Assembly: GCA_038845265.1 (NCBI GenBank)
Contig: JAWBQR010000005.1
Location: 1-64,000 of the forward strand
Source of the DNA: Nitrososphaerota archaeon
Lineage (GTDB): Archaea; Thermoproteota; Nitrososphaeria_A; Caldarchaeales; Calditenuaceae
DNA length: 64,000 nucleotides
Direction of reading: 5' to 3'
Of this stretch, positions 9,588 to 19,800 are shown piece after piece. A program made the position numbers and the translations under genes. The notes under the pieces were generated by a model that worked only from the letters and a program-made list of their open reading frames with translations, was not told where the DNA came from and searched no databases. Position 1 is the stretch's first letter. The number at the start of each line of letters is the position of its first letter.

Positions 9588-10796
9588 CAGAGGGGTGGGG
9601 AATACCTAACCAAAAGAATATACATATCAGCTCTGCTGATAGGAATTGTTTCTATCTTACTTAGTTACGGCAACTATGCCACAACTGGACAAGGAAGTAT
9701 ATGGGGAATTACGACGGGCGAATCAAAGATAGGTGGATGGTTCTGGAAAATGCTTGGAATAGAAATTGATAAACTTCAATATTACCAACAATTCAAGCTT
9801 ATGCCAATAATCGACGACACAACTCAATTAATAGTAATAGCAATACTCCTAGGCGGCGCATCTGCAGCCCTTTTGACCAAAAGCTTCTCCATCAAACACA
9901 TCCCGGGAAAGTGGATGCTTCTCCAAGCAGTGACTGGTGGCTTCCTACTGGGATACGGAGCTCGGCTTGCACTAGGATGCAACATCGGCAACTTCTTCTC
10001 AGCCTGGTCTGCAGGAGGAATACACGCGGTTACGTTTACCGCCACGCTTCTAGTCGGCGTGTTCATCGGATTGAGAATAACTGAGGGTCTACTAGTAAAA
10101 AGAGTGAGGCCACACAGGTTCAGTTTCTCACTCAAACCAAAGAAACAACTCGCACTAGGCATAATAGTAGTGATAATTTCTCTAACTATTTCGCTATTCC
10201 TAAGAACGACGGCCGCTGTATGGTGGTTAGCAGGACTTGCGTTTGGAGCCTTAGGATGGATAGCAGGACTATGCTTCGCGACATGCTACAGAGACATAGT
10301 AGCGCCTAAATATGCAAGCGGAGTTATGGCACGCGCAATTGGGCTCGCAATACTTACCTATGCTACAGGAATTTACATACTCCAGCTGCTACAGATCCCG
10401 TTCAGATTCGGCGTACCACAAATCGGACAACTCCAGATAGCAATCGGGGGACTAATCTTCGGACTAGGAATAGGCATTGCCGGAACATGCATATTCAGTA
10501 GTGAATGGAGAGCAGGCGGAGGCAGCATATACTCAATTATTGTCCTACTCTCAACAATCCTAATCGGAATGCCAGCTCTAGCACTCAACTATGAGTGGTG
10601 GCTCACCATCCTTCCACAGGAACCAAAACCATTCACACTTTACAGCTATGGACCATCAACTGGATACATAGCACCACTTACATTCTCGCTAATAATGATA
10701 GGATATGGCATATACATAGACATTTCTACAAGAAAAACAATAACTACGTTAATGACTAAATTCACAAATAGACTAACCCTAAAAACAAACAAATAA
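9588..10796 (+). CDS. YeeE/YedE family (thio)sulfur transporter; true start uncertain (frame opens at 9588, first ATG at 9750)
   Basis: GARLALGCNIG, GLCF, GIAGTC Cys motifs; in-frame upstream segment IYISALLIGIVSILL...WGITTG looks coding. Confidence 0.85.
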   Translation, partial: QRGGEYLTKRIYISALLIGIVSILLSYGNYATTGQGSIWGITTGESKIGGWFWKMLGIEIDKLQYYQQFKLMPIIDDTTQLIVIAILLGGASAALLTKSFSIKHIPGKWMLLQAVTGGFLLGYGARLALGCNIGNFFSAWSAGGIHAVTFTATLLVGVFIGLRITEGLLVKRVRPHRFSFSLKPKKQLALGIIVVIISLTISLFLRTTAAVWWLAGLAFGALGWIAGLCFATCYRDIVAPKYASGVMARAIGLAILTYATGIYILQLLQIPFRFGVPQIGQLQIAIGGLIFGLGIGIAGTCIFSSEWRAGGGSIYSIIVLLSTILIGMPALALNYEWWLTILPQEPKPFTLYSYGPSTGYIAPLTFSLIMIGYGIYIDISTRKTITTLMTKFTNRLTLKTNK

Positions 10797-11023
10797 AACT
10801 AACCAACCCCTAAAAATCATTTTTTATACACATAAAAATTAAATAATTAATTATTTCAAAATCATTATAAACACGACAATCATAATATATTATAGAAATG
10901 AACAAAACAAAAAACCCATCCAAGGCAGAGACAAAACAAAAAGATAAGCTGTTAAGCAATTTTCATGAAAAGCCACCGCCTACTTAACAGCAAAAAATAA
11001 AAAATAAATATAGAGAATGAAGA

Positions 11024-12358
11024 CTAGCGAGGCAATGGCGTCTCGATATACTCTACATGCCAATCCATATTCCACAAAGCGTAGCGATCAGCCCTCTGAC
11101 CGGGACCAATCCTCACATTGCCATCCTGATCCCTAATAGGCTCGCCGAGATTACCCTCAGGCGAGAACGGCTCAAACAGAAGCTCCTTCATCTCCTCATA
11201 ACGCTGCTTAATCTCTAGCTGAGTCTCAGAAGGAATTGCAGGATTAAGAGGCGCCAAATAGACAGTCCCCTCAGGCTGGCCAGCCCTGCTCTCCTCGACA
11301 GGCATCCTCCACCTCCAATCCATCATATCACCAATACGCGTCCAAATATCCACTGGCCTCCAACTATTCGAGAGAATCATCCTATAAAACTCAGCATAGA
11401 TAGGAGACCAATCAACAATCTGGCCAGTCAGATGCGCATTAGGACCATACTCCCTCATATCGCTATAATGACTGAAACTCCAAACCCTCCTACCCTTCTT
11501 CGTCGTATACTCCTCAGCAACCTGCAAAACCGTCGGAGTATCCTCAGTATAAGCCAAAACATCAGCACCAGTCTCCTCAATCAACGCAACAGCAGCATCC
11601 CTAGCCTTAGCAGGATCAACCCAAGAAAAGATCCAATTCACATAAGCCTTAATATTCTTACCAGTCCTCCTACGATACGAAACATTCGCACCAAGAACAA
11701 ACGCATTAATATGCCTCACAACCTCAGGAATCGGAAAAGCACCAACATAACCAACAACACCACTCTGAGTAACAGCGCCAGCAGCCAAACCATTCAAATA
11801 ATACAGCTGATAAAACTCAGCAAAAGCAGTCGAGAGATTAGGCGTCGTCCTATCAGCACCAGGAGCAGCACCACTCTTATAACCAGAAATATGAACAAAA
11901 AACTTATCAGGATTCTTCGCAGCAGCCTCAACCATCGCATTCATAAAACCAAAACTACAAGCAACAACCAAATCCACACCCTGAGCAAGCAAAGTACTGA
12001 TAGCAGCAGGAGCACCCTCATCCCTAACATTCTCAATATAAGAACTCGACACTCCGGGAACCATCTTATCCGCATTACGCCTCCCATTGTCATGCGCATA
12101 AGACCAACCATAATCCTTCGCAGGGCCAGGATAGAAATAGCCAGCTTTAAGAGCCCTAGCCTTCTCTACAGTCACCTGAGAAGTGACGAAAGAAGTAGAA
12201 GTAACAGTAGGAGCAGCCGAGACACCTGCATAGTAACCAGCAACACCACCAATCAATCCTGCCGCAACAACTCCGCCTACAGCTGCGCCCTTAGCAACGC
12301 CCAGAAACTCACGCCTAGAAACCTTCCTACCAATCGTTGACTTGCTCATCTCAACCAA
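11024..12358 (-). CDS. BMP family (nucleoside/purine) ABC substrate-binding protein with Tat signal
   Basis: SRREFL twin-arginine motif; DYGWSYAHDNGR, CSFGFM, PIPEVVRHINAF. Confidence 0.9.
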   Translation of the reverse strand: MVEMSKSTIGRKVSRREFLGVAKGAAVGGVVAAGLIGGVAGYYAGVSAAPTVTSTSFVTSQVTVEKARALKAGYFYPGPAKDYGWSYAHDNGRRNADKMVPGVSSSYIENVRDEGAPAAISTLLAQGVDLVVACSFGFMNAMVEAAAKNPDKFFVHISGYKSGAAPGADRTTPNLSTAFAEFYQLYYLNGLAAGAVTQSGVVGYVGAFPIPEVVRHINAFVLGANVSYRRRTGKNIKAYVNWIFSWVDPAKARDAAVALIEETGADVLAYTEDTPTVLQVAEEYTTKKGRRVWSFSHYSDMREYGPNAHLTGQIVDWSPIYAEFYRMILSNSWRPVDIWTRIGDMMDWRWRMPVEESRAGQPEGTVYLAPLNPAIPSETQLEIKQRYEEMKELLFEPFSPEGNLGEPIRDQDGNVRIGPGQRADRYALWNMDWHVEYIETPLPR

Positions 12359-12439
12359 CGCCCGGCCTCAAGCTTATTTATAGTTAAGCTACACAGACAT
12401 GTAAAATTTCAAACAGAAAACAAAGATAAAAACGCAATA

Positions 12440-14008
12440 TTGAAATACAGAGAAATACTTGGCCAACTCGTGGAAGACAACAAAGAAAAAACACCGCTCG
12501 TAGAGATGATCGGCATAGTGAAGAAATTCCCCGGCGTGATCGCGAATGATGAAGTAAACTTTACGCTAATGCCAGGAGAAGTCCATGCACTACTTGGCGA
12601 GAATGGGGCAGGAAAAACCACGTTGATGAATATTCTGTACGGCCTTTACAGACCAGATAAGGGTATAATTAAGATAATGGGACAAACCGTCTCAATAAAT
12701 TCTCCGAGCAAGGCCATAAAGCTCGGCATAGGCATGGTCCACCAGAACTTCAGACTAATCCCGACACATACAGTAGCAGAGAACGTAATCCTCAACGCTC
12801 CAAGCACAGGATTCTTTATTGACTGGAAAAAGATCCATGAAGAACTAAGAAAACAAATATCGAGATACGGATGGAGAATCGACCCTGAGACGAAAGTATG
12901 GCAACTCTCAGCCGGCGAGAAGCAGCAAGTAGAAATTCTGAAGCTTCTCTACAGGGGCTCAAGAATACTGATATTCGATGAACCAACCAGCGTGCTCACT
13001 CCACAAGAGTCGAGGATGTTATTCATCTCAATGAGAAAAATGGCTGAGGAGGGGAAAGGAGTAGTACTTATCACGCATAAGCTTGAGGAAGCATTGTCGG
13101 TCAGCGATAGGATTACAGTAATGAGGAAAGGAAAAGTAGTGCTAGTGAAGCCTACACCCCTCACTAATCGTGAAGAACTCGCCTTAGCGATGATTGGAAG
13201 ACAAGAAGGAATAATCCTGCCAGTCCAGCCAAAACAAAAAATAGATTCGCCTATTCTATCAGTGAAGAATCTCCACGTATTGGGTGATAAAGAAGAGCTA
13301 GCAGTAAGAGGAGCAAGCTTTGATGTCTATAGGGGCGAGATATTTGGAATCGCAGGCGTGAGCGGCAATGGTCAAGTCGAGCTAGCAGAGGCAATTGCGA
13401 GAATAAGGAAAGTTAAGTCAGGAAAAATATTTCTGAACGGAAAAGACGTAACACACTTCACTCCACGACAAATGTATGAGAACGGAGTGGCCTATATTCC
13501 ACCAGAAGGAGCGAGGACCGGAATCGTTCCAGAACTAACAGTTTTGGAAAATGTTATACTGAAGAGTTACCGGTATCCACCCATCTCTAACAAGTTACTG
13601 ATAAGATGGAGAGAAGCTACTAAACTTACAAATACACTTATCGAGAAGTACCAGATAATTGCGCCTAGTATAAATGCAAAGGTAAGAACATTATCCGGTG
13701 GAAATATTCAAAGATTAGTCCTCGCGCGAGAGCTGCTAGGAAATACTTTGAGTAAACCAAGCTTAATAGTTGCAGTTTATCCGACGAGCGGACTAGACAT
13801 TGGAGCTGCAGAGTATGTGAGGGCTAACCTTATCGAGATGAGAAATGAGGGGACCGGAATACTACTGATAAGCGAGGACCTAGATGAGATACTGAGAATG
13901 AGTGACAGAATCGGAGTAATGTATGAAGGAAAGATAGTCGGCATCATTGAGGGGCGTCAGGCATCAAAGGAAGAAATAGGAATGTTGATGGCTAGGGGTG
14001 CAGGATAA
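12440..14008 (+). CDS. Nucleoside/sugar ABC transporter ATP-binding protein (double domain)
   Basis: GENGAGKTT, GIGMVHQ, LSGGNIQR, ISEDLDE. Confidence 0.92.
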   Translation: MKYREILGQLVEDNKEKTPLVEMIGIVKKFPGVIANDEVNFTLMPGEVHALLGENGAGKTTLMNILYGLYRPDKGIIKIMGQTVSINSPSKAIKLGIGMVHQNFRLIPTHTVAENVILNAPSTGFFIDWKKIHEELRKQISRYGWRIDPETKVWQLSAGEKQQVEILKLLYRGSRILIFDEPTSVLTPQESRMLFISMRKMAEEGKGVVLITHKLEEALSVSDRITVMRKGKVVLVKPTPLTNREELALAMIGRQEGIILPVQPKQKIDSPILSVKNLHVLGDKEELAVRGASFDVYRGEIFGIAGVSGNGQVELAEAIARIRKVKSGKIFLNGKDVTHFTPRQMYENGVAYIPPEGARTGIVPELTVLENVILKSYRYPPISNKLLIRWREATKLTNTLIEKYQIIAPSINAKVRTLSGGNIQRLVLARELLGNTLSKPSLIVAVYPTSGLDIGAAEYVRANLIEMRNEGTGILLISEDLDEILRMSDRIGVMYEGKIVGIIEGRQASKEEIGMLMARGAG

Positions 14009-15122
14009 AATGTCGTTCAAAATAAGGATCAGTAGGTATTATATAGTATTTGAAAAAAGACATGATACAAGTATTCTTTACAAGGTTCTAGTCACGCTAT
14101 TCGCTGTTATAGCATCATTTATTATTGCTGGATTGATTTTCCTTATTCTTGGCTTCTCTCCCATTCAGATTTATGGAATGATAATAAACACTTTTACTAG
14201 CCTTGGATTAATGCATGAAACACTGCTTAGAAGCACTCCAATAATTCTAGCTGCACTCGGATTATCAATTGCTTTTAAAATGAATTTTTGGAATATCGGA
14301 GCAGAGGGGCAGCTCTATATGGGTGCTTTCGCAGCTACTGGAATAGTTCTACTACATGTCTATTATGGATATATCCACCCGGATCTTCTGTTATTAGTAA
14401 TGCTTCTTGCATCTTTCTGCGCAGGCTCGGCTTGGTGTCTATTTCCAGCGTTTTTAAAGACAAGACTGGGAGCAAATGAAATAATAACTACACTAATGAT
14501 GAATTATATAGCTATTCTGTTTGTGAATTATTTAATTTTTGGTCCTTGGAGAGACCCTCAAGGTTATGGTTTTCCAATTTCTGTTAATTTCCCGTCTTAT
14601 GCTAGGCCTTCATTACCATTTATGAGTGTGGGGTTGCTCATGTTTGTATGGTCCTTAATTACTGCTTCACTTGTTTTCTCAATGCTTAAGTTCACATTAC
14701 CAGGCTTTGAGATTAGGATAGTTGGTCAAAATATTGAGGCAGCTAAGTATGCAGGAGTGAACGTGTCGTCGACAGTTTTGTTAGGTAGTTTTCTGAGCGG
14801 AGGAATGTCAGGAGTAGCAGGCATGGTAACTGTTGCTACGCTTATCGGTAGGTTAACACCGGACGTATCTCCTGGCTATGGCTACATGGCCATCATCGTT
14901 GCTTATCTCGCAGGTCTTAACCCATTATTGATAATTCCTTCTGGAATCTTGTTTGGTGGACTATTGACTGCGGGCGACGCAATGCAATATGCCCTATCGA
15001 TGCCTAAGACTGGAGCGCAGATTCTTCAGGCCTTGATATTTCTATTCACTTTACTCGGCGAATTCGTTAAGAGATATGGCATATCCATTGTAAGGAGCAG
15101 TGGTCAAGATGGTAGTCGGTGA
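13998..15122 (+). CDS. Nucleoside ABC transporter permease
   Basis: WNIGAEGQ, ANEIITTLMMNYIA. Confidence 0.9.
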   Translation: MQDKMSFKIRISRYYIVFEKRHDTSILYKVLVTLFAVIASFIIAGLIFLILGFSPIQIYGMIINTFTSLGLMHETLLRSTPIILAALGLSIAFKMNFWNIGAEGQLYMGAFAATGIVLLHVYYGYIHPDLLLLVMLLASFCAGSAWCLFPAFLKTRLGANEIITTLMMNYIAILFVNYLIFGPWRDPQGYGFPISVNFPSYARPSLPFMSVGLLMFVWSLITASLVFSMLKFTLPGFEIRIVGQNIEAAKYAGVNVSSTVLLGSFLSGGMSGVAGMVTVATLIGRLTPDVSPGYGYMAIIVAYLAGLNPLLIIPSGILFGGLLTAGDAMQYALSMPKTGAQILQALIFLFTLLGEFVKRYGISIVRSSGQDGSR

Positions 15123-16098
15123 AGTCTTAACAATAGAAGCCGCGATTACAGGAGCAGTCACCGCTGGGACTATTTACTTATTGGCTGCAACTGGAGAAGT
15201 TCTCACCGAAAGGTCAGGTATCCTTAACCTGGGTCTTGAGGGAATAATGATGATGGGCGCTTCTGCGTCTTTCATATTCACTCTAAGCTTTGGGCACTTA
15301 ATTGGAATATTGGCCTCTATGATTGTGGGCGCGTTGATGTCGCTGCTCCTTGCCTTTTTTGCTGTATCTCTCAGACTTAACCAAGTCGTAACAGGTCTAG
15401 CCTTAACGATGTTTGGAACAGGGCTTGGGGGATTCATATGTTCCCCAGAAATTAGAGCTTCAATCGTTCGGGCGTTCAATCCTGAGGTGCCTGAGGAAGT
15501 GGCGTTACTTAATCAGGCACCTAGGCTGCCAGACTTGCCTATACCTATTCTTCGAGACATACCGGTAATTGGAAAGGCCTTCTTCAACCAAAATGCAGTT
15601 GTCTATACTTCATTAATTCTTGTCTTTATTCTCTGGTTGCTCCTCTTCAAGACGAAGTGGGGGCTTAGTATCAGAAGTGTTGGCGAGAACCCAGCAATGG
15701 CTGACGCACTTGGCGTAAATGTTTATAGAATTCGTTATTTGTCAACGATTTTGGGTGGTGCACTAGGTGGTCTCGCAGGCGCATATTTATTCCTAGGATA
15801 TCAACCATTCTGGGTTGAGCAGATTACTCGTGGACGAGGCTTTATCGCTCTTGCACTCGTCATACTTGCAGCTTGGAACCCCCTAAGAGCAATATTAGTG
15901 GCATATCTTTTTGGAGGCATCGAGGCATTTCAATACCGCGTCCCATTGCTCGGTCTAGGCGCCCAGACACCACAATTCGTATTGATGCTGCCCTACGCCA
16001 TAACAATACTTACACTCATCATCTCATCGTTTGGCAAGGTAAGGAGAAGAATAGGAGCTCCTGCAGCGCTTGGCACACCATACAGCAGAGAAGAATAA
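15100..16098 (+). CDS. Nucleoside ABC transporter permease
   Basis: ERSGILNLGLEG, GRGFIALALVI, PAALGTPY. Confidence 0.9.
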   Translation: MVKMVVGEVLTIEAAITGAVTAGTIYLLAATGEVLTERSGILNLGLEGIMMMGASASFIFTLSFGHLIGILASMIVGALMSLLLAFFAVSLRLNQVVTGLALTMFGTGLGGFICSPEIRASIVRAFNPEVPEEVALLNQAPRLPDLPIPILRDIPVIGKAFFNQNAVVYTSLILVFILWLLLFKTKWGLSIRSVGENPAMADALGVNVYRIRYLSTILGGALGGLAGAYLFLGYQPFWVEQITRGRGFIALALVILAAWNPLRAILVAYLFGGIEAFQYRVPLLGLGAQTPQFVLMLPYAITILTLIISSFGKVRRRIGAPAALGTPYSREE

Positions 16099-16185
16099 AA
16101 ATCAAAAATATTCAGAAAATTCATTTGTAGGTATTTGAGGAGATTTATTAATTAGTTAATCCCGCCACCTTTAGGGGAAATTGCC

Positions 16186-18627
16186 ATGTCTCAAGATAGA
16201 GAACAAAAATTGGTCCTTTGGTTCGAGGAATTGCGGAAAGAGGATGTACCACTAGTAGGAGGCAAATGTGCAAATCTAGGAGAAATGATTAGCGCCGGCA
16301 TACCGGTACCGCCAGGCTTCGCCATCACTGCATATGCCTACAAAAAATTCATCGAAGAAACAAAAATCGCTGAAAAAATATATGACATATTGGATGAGAC
16401 AATAAAGGACCCCAAGGACCCCAAGCAATACGAGGAGGCGTCTAAGAAGATCAGGGCGCTGATAGAGGCAACGGCGATGCCGAAATCCATCGAGGAGGAG
16501 ATCGTTAAGGCCTATAGAGAGTTGAATAAGAAAGTTGGATTAAAAGAAGTTTTCGTCGCTGTTAGGTCTTCAGCTACTGCTGAGGATCTGCCTGGAGCGT
16601 CATTTGCAGGACAGCAAGAAACTTACCTCAATATTAGAGGTGAAAAGGAGCTTTTAGAAAGTGTCAGGAAGTGCTGGTCGAGCCTATTTACACCGAGAGC
16701 CATCTTCTATAGAACTGAGAAGGGCTTCAGACATGAAAGAGTACTGATAAGCGTTGCGGTCCAGAAGATGGTTAATAGCAGATCTGCTGGCGTAATGTTC
16801 ACCCTACACCCAGTAACTGGAGACAGGAGCAAAATAGTCATCGAATCTGTCTGGGGACTCGGAGAGGCAATAGTCTCAGGAGCAGTAACACCCGACCACT
16901 TCGAAGTCGATAAGGAATCTCTAAAAATAACTTTGAAAAACACAGCTAAAAAGACAGTCGAGTACATCCGGGATCCAAGGAGCGGAAAGACTATTCATGC
17001 TGAAGTACCCTTGGATAGGCAGGATGCACCAAGCCTTACGGATGAGGAAGTGATAGAGCTGGCCAGGATCGCCAGAAGGATTGAGGAGCATTATGGCGTG
17101 CCTCAGGACATAGAGTTTGCAGTCGATCGAGACATGCCGTTTCCAAGCAACCTCTTCATAGTTCAATCAAGGCCCGAGACTGTTTGGAGTATGAAGGAAG
17201 TCACCTCCACTTCTTCCTCAACCCTTACTAGCGTCGCCGAGGCAAGAATAGTCCTTAAAGGCTTGCCTGCAAGTCCAGGAGTATACGCAGGAAAGGCGAA
17301 GATTGTATTCTCACCTGAAGACGCGGCAAAGAAGATCCAGAAAGGAGACATACTAGTGACTAAGATGACAAATCCAGATTGGGTCCCATACATGCGTCTG
17401 GCAGGAGCAATCGTGACAGATGAGGGCGGAATGACCTGTCACGCCGCGATAGTTTCAAGAGAGCTTGGAATCCCGTGCATAGTCGGTTCGAAGGATGCCA
17501 CAAAGCTCCTTCGGGACGGAGAGACTTACACCGTCGACGCCCGGTCCGGCGTGATTTATGAGGGATTAGTCGAGGAACTCGTTAAACCAGCTGCTGAGAA
17601 GGCTACACCCACCGCCGTGACGATCAGTCAGGCGCCAGTAGTAACTGCCACTAAGATTTACGTGAATATAAGTATCCCTGACATTGCTGAGAAGGTTGCG
17701 AGGGAGACTCAGGCTGATGGTGTTGGTCTTCTCAGGGCGGAGCACTTGATGCTCAGCGTAGGTAAGCATCCAAGATTATTGATTGAGGAGGGCGGAGAGG
17801 AAAAGATGGTCGAGGCCTTTGCTGAAGGTATCAGGATGGTTGCACAGGCGTTTTATCCAAACCCGGTAGTGTATAGATTCCTTGACTTTAAGCCTGACGA
17901 GTTCCTAGCAATGCCTGGAGGGGAGAAATACGAGAAAGAGGCTGGACACGTGGGCCCCAATCCACTCATAGGCTACAGGGGGGCTTTCAGATACATCAAG
18001 GAGCCAGACATCTTTAGACTAGAATGCAGGGCCATCAAGAAGGTCAGAGAAGAATATGGATTAAAGAACGTATGGGTCATGGTCCCCTTCGTTAGGAGAG
18101 TCGAAGAATTCATAGAGGCCAAAAGAATAATGGAGGAGGAAGGACTCAGGAAAGGACCAGACTTCAAGGTTTGGATAATGGTCGAGGTGCCGAGCACTGT
18201 TCTACTAATCGATAAATTTATCGAGGCAGGAATCGACGGAGTTAGCTTCGGGACCAATGACCTAACGATGCTGATCCTCGGCATAGATAGAGATGACGCT
18301 GCAGTACAAGAAATATATGATGAGAGAAATCTAGCAGTTAAGAGAGCGATTAGTCATGTCATCAGGATTTGCAGGAAGCATGGCGTCACAACAAGTGTAT
18401 GTGGACAGGCACCATCAAACTATCCCGAGATAGTTGAGTTCCTCATCAGGGAAGGAGCGACCAGCATCTCAGTCAACCCGGATAAGGTCATTGAGACCAG
18501 AAACCTCGTCGCCTCTCTTGAGAGAAAAATAATGCTAGAAGAGCTGAGAACACTTAGGGAAAAAATAGATGCAATGAATAAATACAACCGAGAAAAGATC
18601 TTTGACTGGTCAGAAGACAGACCATAA
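16186..18627 (+). CDS. ppsA: Phosphoenolpyruvate synthase
   Basis: VGGKCANLGEM, VAVRSSATAEDL..ASFAGQQET, GGMTCHAAIVSRELG (phospho-His), SFGTNDL. Confidence 0.96.
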   Translation: MSQDREQKLVLWFEELRKEDVPLVGGKCANLGEMISAGIPVPPGFAITAYAYKKFIEETKIAEKIYDILDETIKDPKDPKQYEEASKKIRALIEATAMPKSIEEEIVKAYRELNKKVGLKEVFVAVRSSATAEDLPGASFAGQQETYLNIRGEKELLESVRKCWSSLFTPRAIFYRTEKGFRHERVLISVAVQKMVNSRSAGVMFTLHPVTGDRSKIVIESVWGLGEAIVSGAVTPDHFEVDKESLKITLKNTAKKTVEYIRDPRSGKTIHAEVPLDRQDAPSLTDEEVIELARIARRIEEHYGVPQDIEFAVDRDMPFPSNLFIVQSRPETVWSMKEVTSTSSSTLTSVAEARIVLKGLPASPGVYAGKAKIVFSPEDAAKKIQKGDILVTKMTNPDWVPYMRLAGAIVTDEGGMTCHAAIVSRELGIPCIVGSKDATKLLRDGETYTVDARSGVIYEGLVEELVKPAAEKATPTAVTISQAPVVTATKIYVNISIPDIAEKVARETQADGVGLLRAEHLMLSVGKHPRLLIEEGGEEKMVEAFAEGIRMVAQAFYPNPVVYRFLDFKPDEFLAMPGGEKYEKEAGHVGPNPLIGYRGAFRYIKEPDIFRLECRAIKKVREEYGLKNVWVMVPFVRRVEEFIEAKRIMEEEGLRKGPDFKVWIMVEVPSTVLLIDKFIEAGIDGVSFGTNDLTMLILGIDRDDAAVQEIYDERNLAVKRAISHVIRICRKHGVTTSVCGQAPSNYPEIVEFLIREGATSISVNPDKVIETRNLVASLERKIMLEELRTLREKIDAMNKYNREKIFDWSEDRP

Positions 18628-18728
18628 CATATTCCCAATAAATTATTTTGAATCTCTTTTTAAAATAATTTATGCGGTTAGACAGTAGAGAGATTTATAG
18701 AGCACTTATGTATCCGTAAAATTAGAGC

Positions 18729-19178
18729 TTGTCGGGGACGCCTTATTACTTTCAGGTAATAGCTGAGTTTATTGCTAGGCATTACCCAAACGCTAAGAAA
18801 ATCGTTGAGATCGGTGTAGGTAGGACACCTTTCACTGCTCTCGTCCTGAAGAAGCTGATCAAAAATCTGGATATGATTATTGTTGATAAGGACCAAGTCG
18901 TGATGGATGAAATTAGAGGATTCGGTCTAAGAGCATTTGTTGATGATATTTGGAGTCCGAGATTGGAGCTCTATAGAGATGCAGACCTGATATATTCAAT
19001 TAGGCCTCCCTTTGAGCTTTTCTCCAAAATTGTGGAGATAGGTGAATCTGTAGGAAGCGATGTCCTCATAATTCCGCTAGCTGAAGATGCATATCTAGCA
19101 GATGCTGATAAACGCTTGGAGAGAGTAGAATTATGTCCAGGGATAAATTGCCTGTATAGAAGGATCTCTCGAAAATAG
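18729..19178 (+). CDS. UPF0146 family protein
   Basis: KIVEIGVG, DDIWSP..LY..ADLIYSIRPP. Confidence 0.85.
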   Translation: MSGTPYYFQVIAEFIARHYPNAKKIVEIGVGRTPFTALVLKKLIKNLDMIIVDKDQVVMDEIRGFGLRAFVDDIWSPRLELYRDADLIYSIRPPFELFSKIVEIGESVGSDVLIIPLAEDAYLADADKRLERVELCPGINCLYRRISRK

Positions 19179-19244
19179 TTCTCTCAAAGTTTTTTATAAT
19201 AAAAAATGTTAAGGCGTATATGTAGGCAAAAGAATAATTACTGC

Positions 19245-19688
19245 ATGCCTAAGAGGCCTAGCAGCCCCTCAAGCAGAGCATATCGATTCAGAATTGGATA
19301 CGAGGGCGAATACTATCTCATGAAGAAATTTACAGAGAAGAATCAGCCTGGATTCTACGCTGTACGGACGCCGGGAAGCGGTACGGGAAAGATGATTAAA
19401 CCAGACATCCTCGCAGTTGATAATGGAGAGCTCTACGCGATTGAGGTTAAATCAACTAATAGAGGGTTCATGTATGTTAAGCCTGAACAACTCAAGCGAA
19501 TAGTCATCTTCTCCAAGCTCTTTGAAATAAAGTGCCATGAATGTGGACATAAAATTAATCCAAGACCAGTATTAGCCGTTAGGTTTCTTGGCCGTGGATG
19601 GGTCTTTAAAGAGATAGACGATGCCACAAAGCCCATATTCATAAAATACCAAGAATCAAATAACCCAGATGCTGATCAAAAGAGATAA
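19245..19688 (+). CDS. hjc: Holliday junction resolvase (Hjc/Hje family)
   Basis: GYEGE, FYAVRTPGSG, PDILA, IEVKST; CHEC insertion. Confidence 0.85.
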   Translation: MPKRPSSPSSRAYRFRIGYEGEYYLMKKFTEKNQPGFYAVRTPGSGTGKMIKPDILAVDNGELYAIEVKSTNRGFMYVKPEQLKRIVIFSKLFEIKCHECGHKINPRPVLAVRFLGRGWVFKEIDDATKPIFIKYQESNNPDADQKR

Positions 19689-19800
19689 CGATAAATCAAT
19701 TTTTCACTTTATTGTTCTTCGCACATTTGTTTATTAGCAATGTGAAGTAAGGTACGCTTAAATAGTGCGTAGACCACTAAGTAAAATCAGGGATAAGGAG

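Noticed and set aside
10797-11023. AT-rich gap with palindrome AAATAATTAATTATTT (10841-10856) as a possible replication origin
   Set aside because: No ORB-like repeats or cdc6/whiP nearby; AT-only palindromes are expected in terminator regions between convergent genes
11432-12340. 302-aa plus-strand ORF
   Set aside because: Antisense shadow of the BMP gene; stop-free because of the T-poor strand skew; low-complexity I/R/T/N/S sequence
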